IMG/VR virus record: IMGVR_UViG_2061766007_000711 | From: an uncultured virus (IMG/VR IMGVR_UViG_2061766007_000711) | Lineage: Duplodnaviria; Heunggongvirae; Uroviricota; Caudoviricetes | Reading direction: 5' to 3' (one strand) | Length of the DNA stretch: 64,000 bases | Shown: in pieces, positions 1 to 10,591 of the stretch | Layout: the number at the start of each line of letters is the position of its first letter | How positions within the stretch are numbered: position 1 is the stretch's first letter | Made by a program: the position numbers and the translations under genes | Notes under the pieces: generated by a model | The model's input: the letters and a program-made list of their open reading frames with translations, nothing else | Databases searched by the model: none | Told to the model about the DNA's origin: nothing

Positions 1-1597
1 TGTCAAGGTGCCGCTTGTCACCCATTACTCGAAGGACTTTGCGAACTACCTGTCCTCCACGACCTCCAAGCAGATTCTGGCAGTCCTCCCGGTGGCTGGC
101 CTGAGGTATACCGGGGATGCCCGGGATGATGCCAACATGACCCAGCCGACCTACGCCAGGGAAATATACTGCAAGGACAACGACTTCTGGATTAGGGACA
201 TACAGCCGCGTGCATACGTTTTCAAGTTCGAGCTTACCATACTCTGCAACAACACGTCAGACCTGTGGCAGCTGAAGGAGAATATTCAGCCGTACTTCCA
301 GACCTACCGGTCAATCCGCATCAAGGAGTTCGACTTCTGTCCGGAAATCGAGCGGGTGGTCCCGGTGTGCATCACCGGATGGTCCGACGAGATGAGGGAC
401 GAGACCGACCTGAACTCTTCCGGTGACGGACAGGTGTTCCAGGTGACATACCAGATAGAGGCGCACGGGGTGATGCACTGCCCCTACATGGTTCCTGCCG
501 AAATCCGATATGCCGGAATGGACTTCATCATCAACCGGCAGATGATTAACACCGAGCAGATTCTGGTGTACCCGGATGCGGTTGCCCAGCAGCAGAGGAA
601 GCCTTGGGAGACGGTATCCCCTTCTATCAAGGAGGGATTCTCCCTTCTGAAGTCATTGGCGCGCTCGCTAGTCCGCAGGACTACCGTGGAGGGCGAGGAG
701 TACTGGAGCGACGAGACGCTCAGGTACGCCATGCTCACATACAACGAGATTACCGGGTATGACAAGAACGGTAACGAGAAGGGATTTAACCCGGTTGCTT
801 CCGATGAGACCGATATTCAGTACGTGTGGAACGAGGACGGAACCCCGGCGATGGTACAGAAGGTGGATGAGGAAGGAAATCCGGTGTATGATGACCAGGG
901 TAAACCGGTAATGGTCCAGAAGACCGAGACGGTTCCCCGGTATTCATGGGAGGAAGTGGTTATTGACGACGTGGAGCGTCCTCAGGAGGTTCCTTCGTTT
1001 GACCTATTGCATCTTACTTTCGACGAGGATAGCGACTTCGCCTACGACATGAGCGGAATGGGTAGGGACTTCGTGGCAATCAACCCGGGGAACCGGGAGT
1101 TTGTGCCCGACATTCCTCCCGGAAACGGCAGCTATGCCCCTGATGGCTATGAACCGGCCGGTATAGAGATGGACCCGTCTACCGGGGAGACCAGGAAGTG
1201 GTCGCAGATTCTTGAATGGTTCGGGGACAACAAGGAAGGCAAGATTGAGAGCCCGTTCACGTTCAGGGCAATCCTCCAGTTCAAGGAGGACGCCCCGGGA
1301 GATACCGTGTTCCAGTACCTGTACAACCCGGAAGATGTCACCCTCTCCGACGGTACGGTCATTCCTGCAGAGGAGGTATGGTTCGACTGGGGAGTGATGG
1401 ACTCGAAGCTCTACTTCACCTACAAGACCACGACCCAGTACCATACGTTCGAGACTGACACGTTCGAGTTCGACAACCAGGTCATATACTCGTTCTACTT
1501 TGTCCTGTACGACGGAGGCCAGAGCGGCATATTCGGGGTGAAGACCAACCTCAGTGACACGATGATTGCGCTGGCTACACACGAGGTTACTGAATGA
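1..1597 (+). CDS. Tail terminator / sheath stabiliser, T4 gp15-like N-terminal domain with long C-terminal extension (5'-partial)
   Basis: QPRAYVFKFELTILCNNTSDLWQLKENIQPYFQ resembles the gp15 motif P.PY...FEL.I......D..QI.EQILPYFQ; frame is open to the window edge; neck genes nearby. Confidence 0.7.
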   Translation, partial: VKVPLVTHYSKDFANYLSSTTSKQILAVLPVAGLRYTGDARDDANMTQPTYAREIYCKDNDFWIRDIQPRAYVFKFELTILCNNTSDLWQLKENIQPYFQTYRSIRIKEFDFCPEIERVVPVCITGWSDEMRDETDLNSSGDGQVFQVTYQIEAHGVMHCPYMVPAEIRYAGMDFIINRQMINTEQILVYPDAVAQQQRKPWETVSPSIKEGFSLLKSLARSLVRRTTVEGEEYWSDETLRYAMLTYNEITGYDKNGNEKGFNPVASDETDIQYVWNEDGTPAMVQKVDEEGNPVYDDQGKPVMVQKTETVPRYSWEEVVIDDVERPQEVPSFDLLHLTFDEDSDFAYDMSGMGRDFVAINPGNREFVPDIPPGNGSYAPDGYEPAGIEMDPSTGETRKWSQILEWFGDNKEGKIESPFTFRAILQFKEDAPGDTVFQYLYNPEDVTLSDGTVIPAEEVWFDWGVMDSKLYFTYKTTTQYHTFETDTFEFDNQVIYSFYFVLYDGGQSGIFGVKTNLSDTMIALATHEVTE

Positions 1598-2893
1598 CAC
1601 CGGCAGAACGCATAGCTAGACAGCAGGCGATGAAGCGCAGGGAATGCAAGGCCACCCCGGTGGCTCCCCCGGCTGCATCCGTGGCAAAGAGTGCCGCAGA
1701 CAGGATTGCCCGTCAGCAGAGAATTACCAAGGTCAATGCCGCGATAGCCGCGTCGAAGGCCCCGCCGCCGGACTACGTGTACCGGGAGCCGAGGTTGCCC
1801 GCACACAGGGCGACGCCGGAGGAGCGCATCGCGCTGTTCCGGGAGGACAGGACGTACGATGACATCAAGGGCAATGCCGACATGGTGAACCAGAGTAACG
1901 CCGCTGGTGACATAGCCAAGGTATTGCGTGCAGAGCAGCCAAAGGAGTATGTCAGCGGAGACCGGGACCAGGTTCAGCGTGGCGGCCNNNNNNNNNNNNN
2001 NNNNNNNNNNNNNNNNNNNNNNNNNNNNNNNNNGGGCAATCCCGCAGGTGGACGAGAACGCCCGGGACAAGATTATAGACGCTCCAGAATCGCCGGAGCC
2101 GGCGGTCGTGCCCGCCCTCAAGATTGACCTGACGCACGTGGCGCAGAACGCTCCGGTGCAGCAGCCGGNNNNNNNNNNNNNNNNNNNNNNNNNNNNNNNN
2201 NNNNNNNNNNNNNNNNNNNNNNNNNNNNNNNNNNNNNNNNNNNNNNNNNNNNNNNNNNNNNNNNNNNNNNNNNNNNNNNNNNNNNNNNNTATGGCAATGA
2301 GTATCGCAGAAAGGATGGCCCTGCAGGCCAGGAGAATGAAGTCAGCAACGAAGGTTGCCCCGGCACCGAAGCCGGCCGGCAATACCGGAAGTGCCATGAG
2401 CGCGGCCGACCGCATGCGCAAGCAGATGGCGGCGAAGAATGGGACTCCGGCACCCAATCCGGGCCAACAGCCGCCTAGCGCGAGCGCACCGAAGGCGAGC
2501 CTTACTATCGCTCAGCGCATCGCCAAGTCCGTTGCTGCCAAGACGCAGCAGGCGAACGCCGCTACCGGTGGCATCCACGGCGCCAGCAACCAGGAGGTCA
2601 TCGCCAAGTACAAGGCCGAGTACGAGAAGTTCCTGGCCAAGCTCGAGACGATGGACTTTGGTGCTATGTTCTTCAACCCGGCAGCCCCGGCGGAGAAGNN
2701 NNNNNNNNNNNNNNNNNNNNNNNNNNNNNNNNNNNNNNNNNNNNNNNNNNNNNNNNNNNNNNNNNNNNNNNNNNNNNNNNNNNNNNNNNNNNNNNNNNNN
2801 TCACGCCCGAAGCGCACCCGCAAGGCCAAGGCCAAGCAGGAAGTTGAACCTGCTGTCGTGGAGACCGAGGATACCGTGGGAAGCGAAGTTTAA
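1594..2893 (+). CDS. Low-complexity Ala/Pro/Lys-rich hypothetical protein(s) with repeated S/T-x-A-E/D-R-I/M motif, interrupted by N gaps
   Basis: ORFs 1594-2127 and 1928-2893 join across gaps; repeats TPAERIA, SAADRIA, SIAERMA, SAADRMR, TIAQRIA. Confidence 0.5.
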
Positions 2894-3837
2894 TTCTTCC
2901 GGAACATTCCGGTAATCTTCTTGATGAGTTCCTTCAGCATCTCGCCGAGGGAGCTCTTCTTCTGTACAGTGTGGACGGCCGGTTCTTCCCTGGGGGCTTC
3001 CGGGAGTGCCGGTTCAGGTTCCGGAAGTGCCGGTTCAGGTTCCGGCTCTGGTTCAGGCTCAGGTTCCGGTTCGGGCTCCTGCTCGATTTCCGGCAGTGAT
3101 ATCGGCGGGACGCAGTTCAGCATCACGTTTTCGATGGATTCGCACATCGGCCAGTCGAACTTGTCCTTGCGGACGTTGGTGTGCATGAAGATTCCCTCGA
3201 ACGACAGTGCCTCGTCTGCCGACTTGAATATCTCGTCGGTAGCGGTGAACGTCATCGGGATGGAGTGCTTATCGCACAGGTGCTCTATAAGTGCGGCGAC
3301 CGCGCAAATCTGTACCTGGGTCATGGTGGCGAATGCCGTCTTTCCGCGGTATTCCTTGCGCTCGTAGTAGTTGGTCTCCCAGGAGGTGCAGTACCTGTTC
3401 CCGTAGGCGTCAATCATGTTGCCGTCCTTCTCGGAGAGTGGACCGTAGTTGCATATCTCTATCCCGATTGACTGCTTGGACATGTTGGTGTTGCCGCCGA
3501 CCGCACCGTTTCCAAGATGGTATGACCAGAAGTTGTCCGGGAAGAGTTCGTAGATGTTGCCTGACCGGTCGACGACGTAGGACACGGACACGTGGCTGTC
3601 CTCCTTGGTCAGGGTCGCTATGTCGGAAAGGACGTATCCTACGGTGAAGTGCAGGCAGATGCTCTTCTTCTTGGTATCTGCCTTGTAGTAGTAATTCTGT
3701 GCCTGTGGGCGGATTGACTTGATTGAGAAGCCGTTTCCGATTTCCTTGACGGACTTCAGGGTGAGCTGGGAACCGTTGGCGAGCTTGAGGTCGCCTGCGA
3801 ATTTTGCCTCTTTTTCGGCTATTGTACTGGGATGCAT
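2890..3837 (-). CDS. N-acetylmuramoyl-L-alanine amidase (Amidase_2 family endolysin) with (PE)n linker
   Basis: ICLHFT, VSVSYVVDRSG, SYHLG, SIGIEICN, HTNVRKDKFD zinc-amidase motifs. Confidence 0.85.
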   Translation of the reverse strand: MHPSTIAEKEAKFAGDLKLANGSQLTLKSVKEIGNGFSIKSIRPQAQNYYYKADTKKKSICLHFTVGYVLSDIATLTKEDSHVSVSYVVDRSGNIYELFPDNFWSYHLGNGAVGGNTNMSKQSIGIEICNYGPLSEKDGNMIDAYGNRYCTSWETNYYERKEYRGKTAFATMTQVQICAVAALIEHLCDKHSIPMTFTATDEIFKSADEALSFEGIFMHTNVRKDKFDWPMCESIENVMLNCVPPISLPEIEQEPEPEPEPEPEPEPEPALPEPEPALPEAPREEPAVHTVQKKSSLGEMLKELIKKITGMFRKN

Positions 3838-3912
3838 AATTTTCCCTCCGCGCCCAGTTTATCCCGGCAAGGCCATGTATAAACTCCCGATTGTAACCAA
3901 AGAGGTAATTAT

Positions 3913-4452
3913 ATGTCGATGAAGGCAGTTCTGCGCGAGGGCATCATGGGTGTGGTCGGGGACGAGGAGAAGGCCGACCTCATCATGGGCATCTGCGAGT
4001 CGGTCACCGCTATGGCCAACGCTGGCAAGATGTCGCCAATCATGGAGGCATCCGACGGGAAGGGCGACAGCTACGCCACACTGAAGGACATGGCACTCTG
4101 GTTGCTTACCGAGTCCAACGCGCTGAACGTCATCCACTGGAACGTCGACAGCAGCAACAAGCACGAACTGCTGAACGAGGCATACGACCTCTGCAGGGAT
4201 ACCGGAGACCAGCTCGCCGAGACCTACATCGCCATTACCGACAAGGCCATCGACGTGAAGACCGCCCCGAAGTTCCCCAGCACGGACCCGTCGAACGATG
4301 CGGTACTGAAGCACCTCAAGAACCTCCAGGCAAGGATGCAGGAGGCTTCCGGGAAAAACCCGAAGTTCAGTGAGGGAGTCAAGAATATCTTTGCGGACTT
4401 CGACGAGAAGATTACCACCATCATATACAAGTGGTCAAGGTTCCAGTTCTAG
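3913..4452 (+). CDS. Ferritin/Dps-like four-helix protein
   Basis: IHWNV....HELLNEAYD...D.LAETY pattern typical of Dps-like proteins. Confidence 0.65.
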   Translation: MSMKAVLREGIMGVVGDEEKADLIMGICESVTAMANAGKMSPIMEASDGKGDSYATLKDMALWLLTESNALNVIHWNVDSSNKHELLNEAYDLCRDTGDQLAETYIAITDKAIDVKTAPKFPSTDPSNDAVLKHLKNLQARMQEASGKNPKFSEGVKNIFADFDEKITTIIYKWSRFQF

Positions 4453-4495
4453 CATTTTTTGCTATATTTGGTACAAGGTAACATAGGAGGCGGCC

Positions 4496-5086
4496 ATGGA
4501 CTTGAAGAAGAGGGCTGAGGCACAGGCGGAGGAGATGCTCCGCGACAAGTACATTGCTTCCGAGAAGGCCGGTACCGACCTGGGCGAGCGCAGGATGGTC
4601 GAGTGGACCAAGGAGCACGCCGAGGCATGGAACGTCGGATACAACATGCAGCACCTGATGGACCTGGGGGACGGGCACAAGCCCGTCTATTTCGCCATAT
4701 TCCTGGATGAACCCTCCCGGAACCTGCTGGTTGACTCCATGTTGCCAATGGTACCGAATGGATGGAAGATGTTCTGCCACCACTGTACGCTTTCATTCGG
4801 CGACCCGTCGGATGACCGGGAGCTATTCATGTACATAGCGAAGAACCTGGGAAAGCGCATAGAACTGGAGGTAACCTCGCTCGGAATCAGTACCGACGCG
4901 ATGGCTGTACGGGTTGATGGGGACCTCATTACTAGAAATCCGATACCCCACGTGACCGTCGCGATACCCCCTGACGGTAAACCGGTGTATTCCAACAGGA
5001 TAAGGGACTGGAAACCGTTCGAACTGGGTGATAAACTCTACGGCGTAGTGGATGCATTCCCGAGCCATTTCGGGTGGAAGCACTAG
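4496..5086 (+). CDS. 2H phosphoesterase (cyclic phosphodiesterase-like)
   Basis: Two HxT motifs (HCTL, HVTV) about 55 aa apart. Confidence 0.75.
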   Translation: MDLKKRAEAQAEEMLRDKYIASEKAGTDLGERRMVEWTKEHAEAWNVGYNMQHLMDLGDGHKPVYFAIFLDEPSRNLLVDSMLPMVPNGWKMFCHHCTLSFGDPSDDRELFMYIAKNLGKRIELEVTSLGISTDAMAVRVDGDLITRNPIPHVTVAIPPDGKPVYSNRIRDWKPFELGDKLYGVVDAFPSHFGWKH

Positions 5087-5094
5087 GATTTCCG

Positions 5095-8000
5095 ATGAAC
5101 GACGTTACCTTGCTGAAAAGATACTTGATGGAATCGGGGTTTCCCGGTAGGTTTGTCAATGCAGTGTATGAGGCATGCTCTCTTCTCGAGGCTACCAATA
5201 TCAACAAGGACTTCCTCCTGAGGGAGGCAGGTACACCCGAGAATTTCAAGGCGGCCAAGGACCGGACGAACGCGGTATGGCAGCAGGAGCACATGGACCA
5301 GCAGCTGACCCAGAAGGTCGCCCAGAAGGTACTTAACTTTATGTACCTCATGGAAATCCGGCAGCCGGGATTTACTACGGTCGACCGCATCCACATGATT
5401 CATGACCTTAACCTCAATCACACCCTCGACAGCAAGTTCCTCAACCAGGTAAACTCCGATACTACCCCGGATGACGCTGCGTCCATTCTGGATGCTGCGG
5501 TGCAGCACGCTGAGAACAAGGCAAGGACGTATCCTGACCTTAGCGAAGAGGAGGAGATGATTTGGAACCGCGTGAAGGTATACCATGAGTTCCCTGACGG
5601 GTTCAAGTGGGTATATGCCGTGGACGAGCACGGTAACATAATGGGATACATCCCGTCCCGCATTACGTTCAAGACGATGCACCACTGCGGTAACCAGCCG
5701 TCGGCTGCGGAAGGAAACCAGTACTGGGAACTGCGTGACGCCAACGGGAAGGCATACCTGACCATAATCCTCGACCGGGACAACAACATCGAGGAGTCAA
5801 AGTCCTGGGGAAACCAGCCGAACAAGTACCGCAGGCAGATTCAGCCATACGTGAAGTGGTTCCTGATGAACCGTGTCAACGGGGTAGGCCACCGGTACAA
5901 CTACGGGTATTCCACCCATACCAACTACGGTGTGAAGGACTTCATGGGCGACGACCCGGAGTTCATCGACTATGTATTGGAGAACAAGCCCCAGCTTATC
6001 GGAAATACGGAAGGAAAGATTCTGTTCTGGAAGGGTGCACTCGAAGATGGAATAGTCACGGTAGACCAGCTGAAACGGATATTTGCCGACAAGACCACCA
6101 TAGCTGACCTCAACATACCTGGATTCAAGCAATATGCGGATAGTTCCAGGTTTGGCGCTATTGCTACCGGCGATGACGGATACTCATGGCGACGGAATGG
6201 ACTGTTCGGTGCGAATGCGTTCGAGGTTCTCTGTGCAGTATGCGATGGTTGTCCATTTAGCAAGGATGAACTCATACAACTGATTCGTAACAACACCATA
6301 CGTCTGGAGGAATACGCAAACTATGATATCAAACTGCTGGATGATGATATACAGAAGGCGTTTGTTGAGACGAACGTAAGCAACTTTGACACACTGCTGA
6401 GGATGTCCGCAGAGATTGCCACTTTTAATGTAAGCCCTAATTTGGTTTCCTCCATATTCGATGCGGCCGAGCGTGGTCCTGGAGTTACTAATAAAGAACT
6501 TGATTCAGACTACCGCCTGGTTAATTATAATGCGTGGGTCGATGCACGGAACCAGGTAAACCGGTGGGCAGCGCAGGTAGGAAGGGCGACTAAATATCTG
6601 GCTGAAACCAACCCGCCGGATTCCGTGCATGAAATGACCCGTGAACACATAGGCCCGCTTTCCGATGTAATTGCCGCATCATGGGACAATAGTACAATGA
6701 ACCTTGGCCGAGGAACTTTGGTGGAGAATCTACTGAAGGCGGTAGCCCGGTTCCCCGATGTTGATATACCTACGAGTCTAGTAAAGATAGTAAGGGAACA
6801 TAGTCTGGGAAATATGTTAATTAAGACCCTGCTCGAGATTGGTCGTCCGCGAATCGACCCAATATTTGACGGAATCAAGTCGTCCCAGATGGTGCAGCTG
6901 TGCCAGGATACTACTCGCTCCCAGACACTGGATGCACGAAGCGTAATGAATACCGCGAAATCGCTTTCTGACATGATGGCAATGTATCCAGACATTGCTG
7001 CTTCCATGAAGCGTCTGAACCCGGCAATAAAGCTTGCCATGATGTGTATGACGGACCGTGAATCGGTAAATATGGAAGAGGTCTCGAAACTGGTGGACGT
7101 ATTTCTCCACGGGGATGAGGCGCACCGTAACAAGCTGAGTGCTAAGGCCGGTGCTACCATATGTGCCCTGGGAAAGTTCCCGGAACTGTGGAATATGATA
7201 CGGACTGATGACATTATGTGGTATTTGATGTATCACTCCGGTGAAATTGCCAATACCGAACAGCTCGGCCGGCACGGGATTGTCACCCCTGACCTGGTGG
7301 AGAAGGTCATCACGACTCTCCTGGAAAATAAAGATTATCTAAAAGACCGTGCTCGGTCTGCCGTGGAGCTGGTGAATGCACTGTTGCGATTTACTGAAAT
7401 ACCTAAGGAAATCAAGGTCCAGTTCTTTAACTATATATTCTATATAAAGCCCTTTGAACTGGAAGATTGGCAAATCAGCTCGAGCGTGGATATCCCGCCA
7501 GAGGAATGGGACCACTATACGGACAAGATGGGGAAGGGACGGTTCATCAAACAGTATTTGCTGCGCAAGAACTGGATGTGGTTAAATAAGGAAGTACCGG
7601 CGTATGTGATTGACTACGTTTTGGATGCGTTGATGTCGTACCTAGTTAATGGCACCAACAACAGTGATGACATGTATAGCAATATATTGTATGCAATTAC
7701 CAGTAGCAAACAGTTCCACACCAGGGCATTCAGTACAGTATTCAAGAATGCCCTTCGGGAGAGACTGTATGCAGGCAGAGACCCGATTGACGACGAAGCC
7801 ATAAATTCCCTGTATAGGGATAAGCTAATCCTGAAGGACGATGTGGAGCAGCTTGGGCGTCGGTTGATGAATAATAGCAAGACTACGGAAATAGGCAGTA
7901 CACAGGAATTAAAGCGTATATTGGCCAATATCAACTATCTAGACGAGGGTGACCCGCTGGGCCGTGCCGTATTCGCACTGTTCAACTATCTAATCGACGA

Positions 8001-8232
8001 ATGGAGAGAAGGCAATCAGCAGTATGACACACTGGTCAAACTGGCCAAGTGGTGCATCCGGAACCGCAAGAAGAAAGGCGTCGCCGAGTCGATTCCATAT
8101 GACAAGATTTACGAGTTCATCAACGGTCTTGACCCGGAATGGGCTGCCGAGGACGAGGAACTGGTCACGGCCCTACAGACAATGGCCACCAAGTGCTCCG
8201 CGGCATCTCCCCAGCAGTCACTGAAGATATAG
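5095..8232 (+). CDS. Large hypothetical protein (about 1045 aa), probably virion-packaged
   Basis: Long ORF; ATAAACT motif at 5031-5037; N-terminal LMES/LLEA motifs. Confidence 0.7.
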   Translation: MNDVTLLKRYLMESGFPGRFVNAVYEACSLLEATNINKDFLLREAGTPENFKAAKDRTNAVWQQEHMDQQLTQKVAQKVLNFMYLMEIRQPGFTTVDRIHMIHDLNLNHTLDSKFLNQVNSDTTPDDAASILDAAVQHAENKARTYPDLSEEEEMIWNRVKVYHEFPDGFKWVYAVDEHGNIMGYIPSRITFKTMHHCGNQPSAAEGNQYWELRDANGKAYLTIILDRDNNIEESKSWGNQPNKYRRQIQPYVKWFLMNRVNGVGHRYNYGYSTHTNYGVKDFMGDDPEFIDYVLENKPQLIGNTEGKILFWKGALEDGIVTVDQLKRIFADKTTIADLNIPGFKQYADSSRFGAIATGDDGYSWRRNGLFGANAFEVLCAVCDGCPFSKDELIQLIRNNTIRLEEYANYDIKLLDDDIQKAFVETNVSNFDTLLRMSAEIATFNVSPNLVSSIFDAAERGPGVTNKELDSDYRLVNYNAWVDARNQVNRWAAQVGRATKYLAETNPPDSVHEMTREHIGPLSDVIAASWDNSTMNLGRGTLVENLLKAVARFPDVDIPTSLVKIVREHSLGNMLIKTLLEIGRPRIDPIFDGIKSSQMVQLCQDTTRSQTLDARSVMNTAKSLSDMMAMYPDIAASMKRLNPAIKLAMMCMTDRESVNMEEVSKLVDVFLHGDEAHRNKLSAKAGATICALGKFPELWNMIRTDDIMWYLMYHSGEIANTEQLGRHGIVTPDLVEKVITTLLENKDYLKDRARSAVELVNALLRFTEIPKEIKVQFFNYIFYIKPFELEDWQISSSVDIPPEEWDHYTDKMGKGRFIKQYLLRKNWMWLNKEVPAYVIDYVLDALMSYLVNGTNNSDDMYSNILYAITSSKQFHTRAFSTVFKNALRERLYAGRDPIDDEAINSLYRDKLILKDDVEQLGRRLMNNSKTTEIGSTQELKRILANINYLDEGDPLGRAVFALFNYLIDEWREGNQQYDTLVKLAKWCIRNRKKKGVAESIPYDKIYEFINGLDPEWAAEDEELVTALQTMATKCSAASPQQSLKI

Positions 8233-8248
8233 TTTCCGAACAGGAAAT

Positions 8249-8647
8249 ATGAACGACATAACCAGAACGACAATGCCGGAATCCCCGGGAAACCTCCCGG
8301 GAATTTCCCACTTCAACCTCATAAAGGCGATGTGCGCGAAGAACGATTTCGCCGGTCTCCCGGTGTACGTCTACAGCCTTGGCGGGGAGCCTGCGGGGCT
8401 CGCCATAGTGGACCCGGACGCATACCCGCTGTACGCGAAGCTGTGGGCGCTCGAGGTGAGGGCTGACATGAGGGGGAAGGGCATCGGGTCGGCGCTGGTC
8501 CGGCGTGTCCTGGAGGAGTACGACGACGTGCGGCTGGTTGCCATGCGGGATGCGTTCGACTTCTACCTGAGGAACGGGTTCATATTCCAGGACGGACAGC
8601 TTCCTGACCCGAAATCCAACGTCGCATACATGGAGAGCCGCCAATGA
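8249..8647 (+). CDS. GNAT family acetyltransferase
   Basis: LEVRADMRGKGIGSAL acetyl-CoA-binding motif; AFDFYLRNGF. Confidence 0.85.
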   Translation: MNDITRTTMPESPGNLPGISHFNLIKAMCAKNDFAGLPVYVYSLGGEPAGLAIVDPDAYPLYAKLWALEVRADMRGKGIGSALVRRVLEEYDDVRLVAMRDAFDFYLRNGFIFQDGQLPDPKSNVAYMESRQ

Positions 8648-8856
8648 AGCCGGGAATGTGCATAGCGGGAACCGTAGTGTTCCGCGAGATAGGTAATGAA
8701 TTCTTCCCGTTCCTGTATTTGGACCGGAAGGTCAACTTCTTCCTGGATGCATCGGTAAACCGCCTGGCCGAGCATGATGGTAAGCGAGTGATGCTCGAAT
8801 TGGTACCCGGCGATACCGGGAGGACCTGGAAGGTACGGAAGATTTTGCCGTTATGA
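8644..8856 (+). CDS. Hypothetical protein
   Basis: ATGA overlap with GNAT stop; followed by a hairpin. Confidence 0.5.
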   Translation: MKPGMCIAGTVVFREIGNEFFPFLYLDRKVNFFLDASVNRLAEHDGKRVMLELVPGDTGRTWKVRKILPL

Positions 8857-8916
8857 ACGTGAAAAGCCACCGGGTTGAACCGGTGGCTTGTTGCTATCTC
8901 AACAAGAGGTTAAAGT

Positions 8917-9225
8917 CTAGGCGGCCTTCTGTTCCTTCTCCCGCTCACGGCGCTCGCGCTCTTCGAGCTGCTTGGTCCAGTAGTAGTGCAGCACGCACTG
9001 GCCGTGGAAGAGGAGGGAGGAACGGCGTTCCGGGGTCATCTCCATGATTTCCTGAAACTCCATGTCGCGGCGCTGCATGTTCTGAAAGCGGCGCATCATC
9101 TCAGGGTCGTTCTGCATCTTGCGCAGGTTCTCCTGCATCTTCTTCAGCTGGGCCTCGGTGAACTTGGGCTGTTCTTTTGGTGCCTGCTCGGGGGACACCG
9201 GGATATCTTCGCTAGTCATATTCAT
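8917..9225 (-). CDS. Hypothetical protein
   Basis: ORF with AGGAG SD and TGCTATATT promoter motif upstream. Confidence 0.6.
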   Translation of the reverse strand: MNMTSEDIPVSPEQAPKEQPKFTEAQLKKMQENLRKMQNDPEMMRRFQNMQRRDMEFQEIMEMTPERRSSLLFHGQCVLHYYWTKQLEERERREREKEQKAA

Positions 9226-9261
9226 AGAAAATCTCCTTGATTTTCCCCAAATATAGCAAAA

Positions 9262-9774
9262 TTAGAACCGGTCGTAGAACGGATTCTGCTCCGGCATCTC
9301 GTACAGGAGCCTTTCCAGTTCGCTCATGTTTGCCCTGCGGTCGTCTTCCATCGCCTTGACCGGGTTGAACTTCATGTCGTGCATGCGCTGCCGCATGCCC
9401 CTCATCTGCTCGGCCATGTCGGGCCCCTGTGGCCTTACCGCCTGGAACCACGCGATGGCCTGGTTCTTCGGGCGGGCCTCGGTCTCTACGGTGGCGTCCT
9501 GGTAGGTCGGGTCGACGTCGAGCGTGCGCTCCCCGGAACCGAATATGAGGTCCCGGATATGGCATATGTCGGATACCAGTTCCATGCTCGGGGCCACCTT
9601 GAACAGGTACTGGGCGAACAGTTCATCCAGGTTGCAGTCGACATCGTCTTCCAGGTTTTCCTTGAGGGTAGACGTGTTTAGCTCGCACACGGTGTCGGTG
9701 AGAGTATCGTTGTTCGTCATGTCGAACACATATTTCCTGAAAAGCTCGTCGTTTGTCATGGTTTCTCCATGCAT
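9262..9774 (-). CDS. Hypothetical protein
   Basis: ORF preceded by ATAAACT motif (9778-9784, minus strand). Confidence 0.6.
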   Translation of the reverse strand: MHGETMTNDELFRKYVFDMTNNDTLTDTVCELNTSTLKENLEDDVDCNLDELFAQYLFKVAPSMELVSDICHIRDLIFGSGERTLDVDPTYQDATVETEARPKNQAIAWFQAVRPQGPDMAEQMRGMRQRMHDMKFNPVKAMEDDRRANMSELERLLYEMPEQNPFYDRF

Positions 9775-9880
9775 CGTAGTTTATTGCTGCGGAAAGTATA
9801 AACTGTTGATTTAGAGGTAAGATATGCCGGTAAAGTTCATTACTACTGACGACATGGCNNNNNNNNNNCATTTTCGCAAC

Positions 9881-10591
9881 TCATGGTTTCTCCAGATATC
9901 CTATTTCCTCCACGAAATGGTGGGGAATGCTGTTGATTATGTATACAGAGCCTTCCAGCGCGTCGTCTTCATACAGGGAATATTTCTCCGGCAGGTCAAC
10001 CAGGTAGATGTAGTACGATTCTCTTTCTGATATCTTGCCGGTTTCTAGGTACTTGTTGTTGAACCTGTGGGCAAGCCTCCTGGACTGCTCAATGACCTGT
10101 GCGTACATGTCCTCCTGGCTTGAACCTGGGATAACCATTTCGCTAACCGGCATCAGGTATATACGCTTGTCGTATTCCTCGAACTTGCCGGAAGCCTTGC
10201 AGCGTATACCGTTCACGCCCAGTTCGGGGACTGGACTGATGTGGATGAACTTGGAAACTACCGGGAGGTCGCTAGGTATCTTGTATGGCTTGAATATGAG
10301 CCCATTGAATGATACCGGGGATGCTATGCGGTAGGAAAGCGCCTTGGCCTGTTCTTCAAGTTCCTCCCGGGTAGCAAGCTTGAATACCGCGGAGTTTGCC
10401 ACGATACTTCCCAGGGAGAACCCCAGCGGGTTCGGCATGACGTAATCGGAGAAGCCGGGGAACTTGATGTTCATCTGTCGGATGAACACCTCCTCGGGAT
10501 ATGGCTGTAGGCTCTCGAACATGGTATGCCGGAAGGATTCCTGCCACCTGAATTCGTCCGGCCACCGGAAATAGTCGACTAGGCAGTTCAT
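9881..10591 (-). CDS. Putative ADP-ribosyltransferase-fold (Tpt1/KptA-like) protein, paralog 2
   Basis: FIHISP..L..NGI...RIYL...YLVDL..VY...IP pattern; tandem paralog of 10588-11301. Confidence 0.45.
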   Translation of the reverse strand: MNCLVDYFRWPDEFRWQESFRHTMFESLQPYPEEVFIRQMNIKFPGFSDYVMPNPLGFSLGSIVANSAVFKLATREELEEQAKALSYRIASPVSFNGLIFKPYKIPSDLPVVSKFIHISPVPELGVNGIRCKASGKFEEYDKRIYLMPVSEMVIPGSSQEDMYAQVIEQSRRLAHRFNNKYLETGKISERESYYIYLVDLPEKYSLYEDDALEGSVYIINSIPHHFVEEIGYLEKP

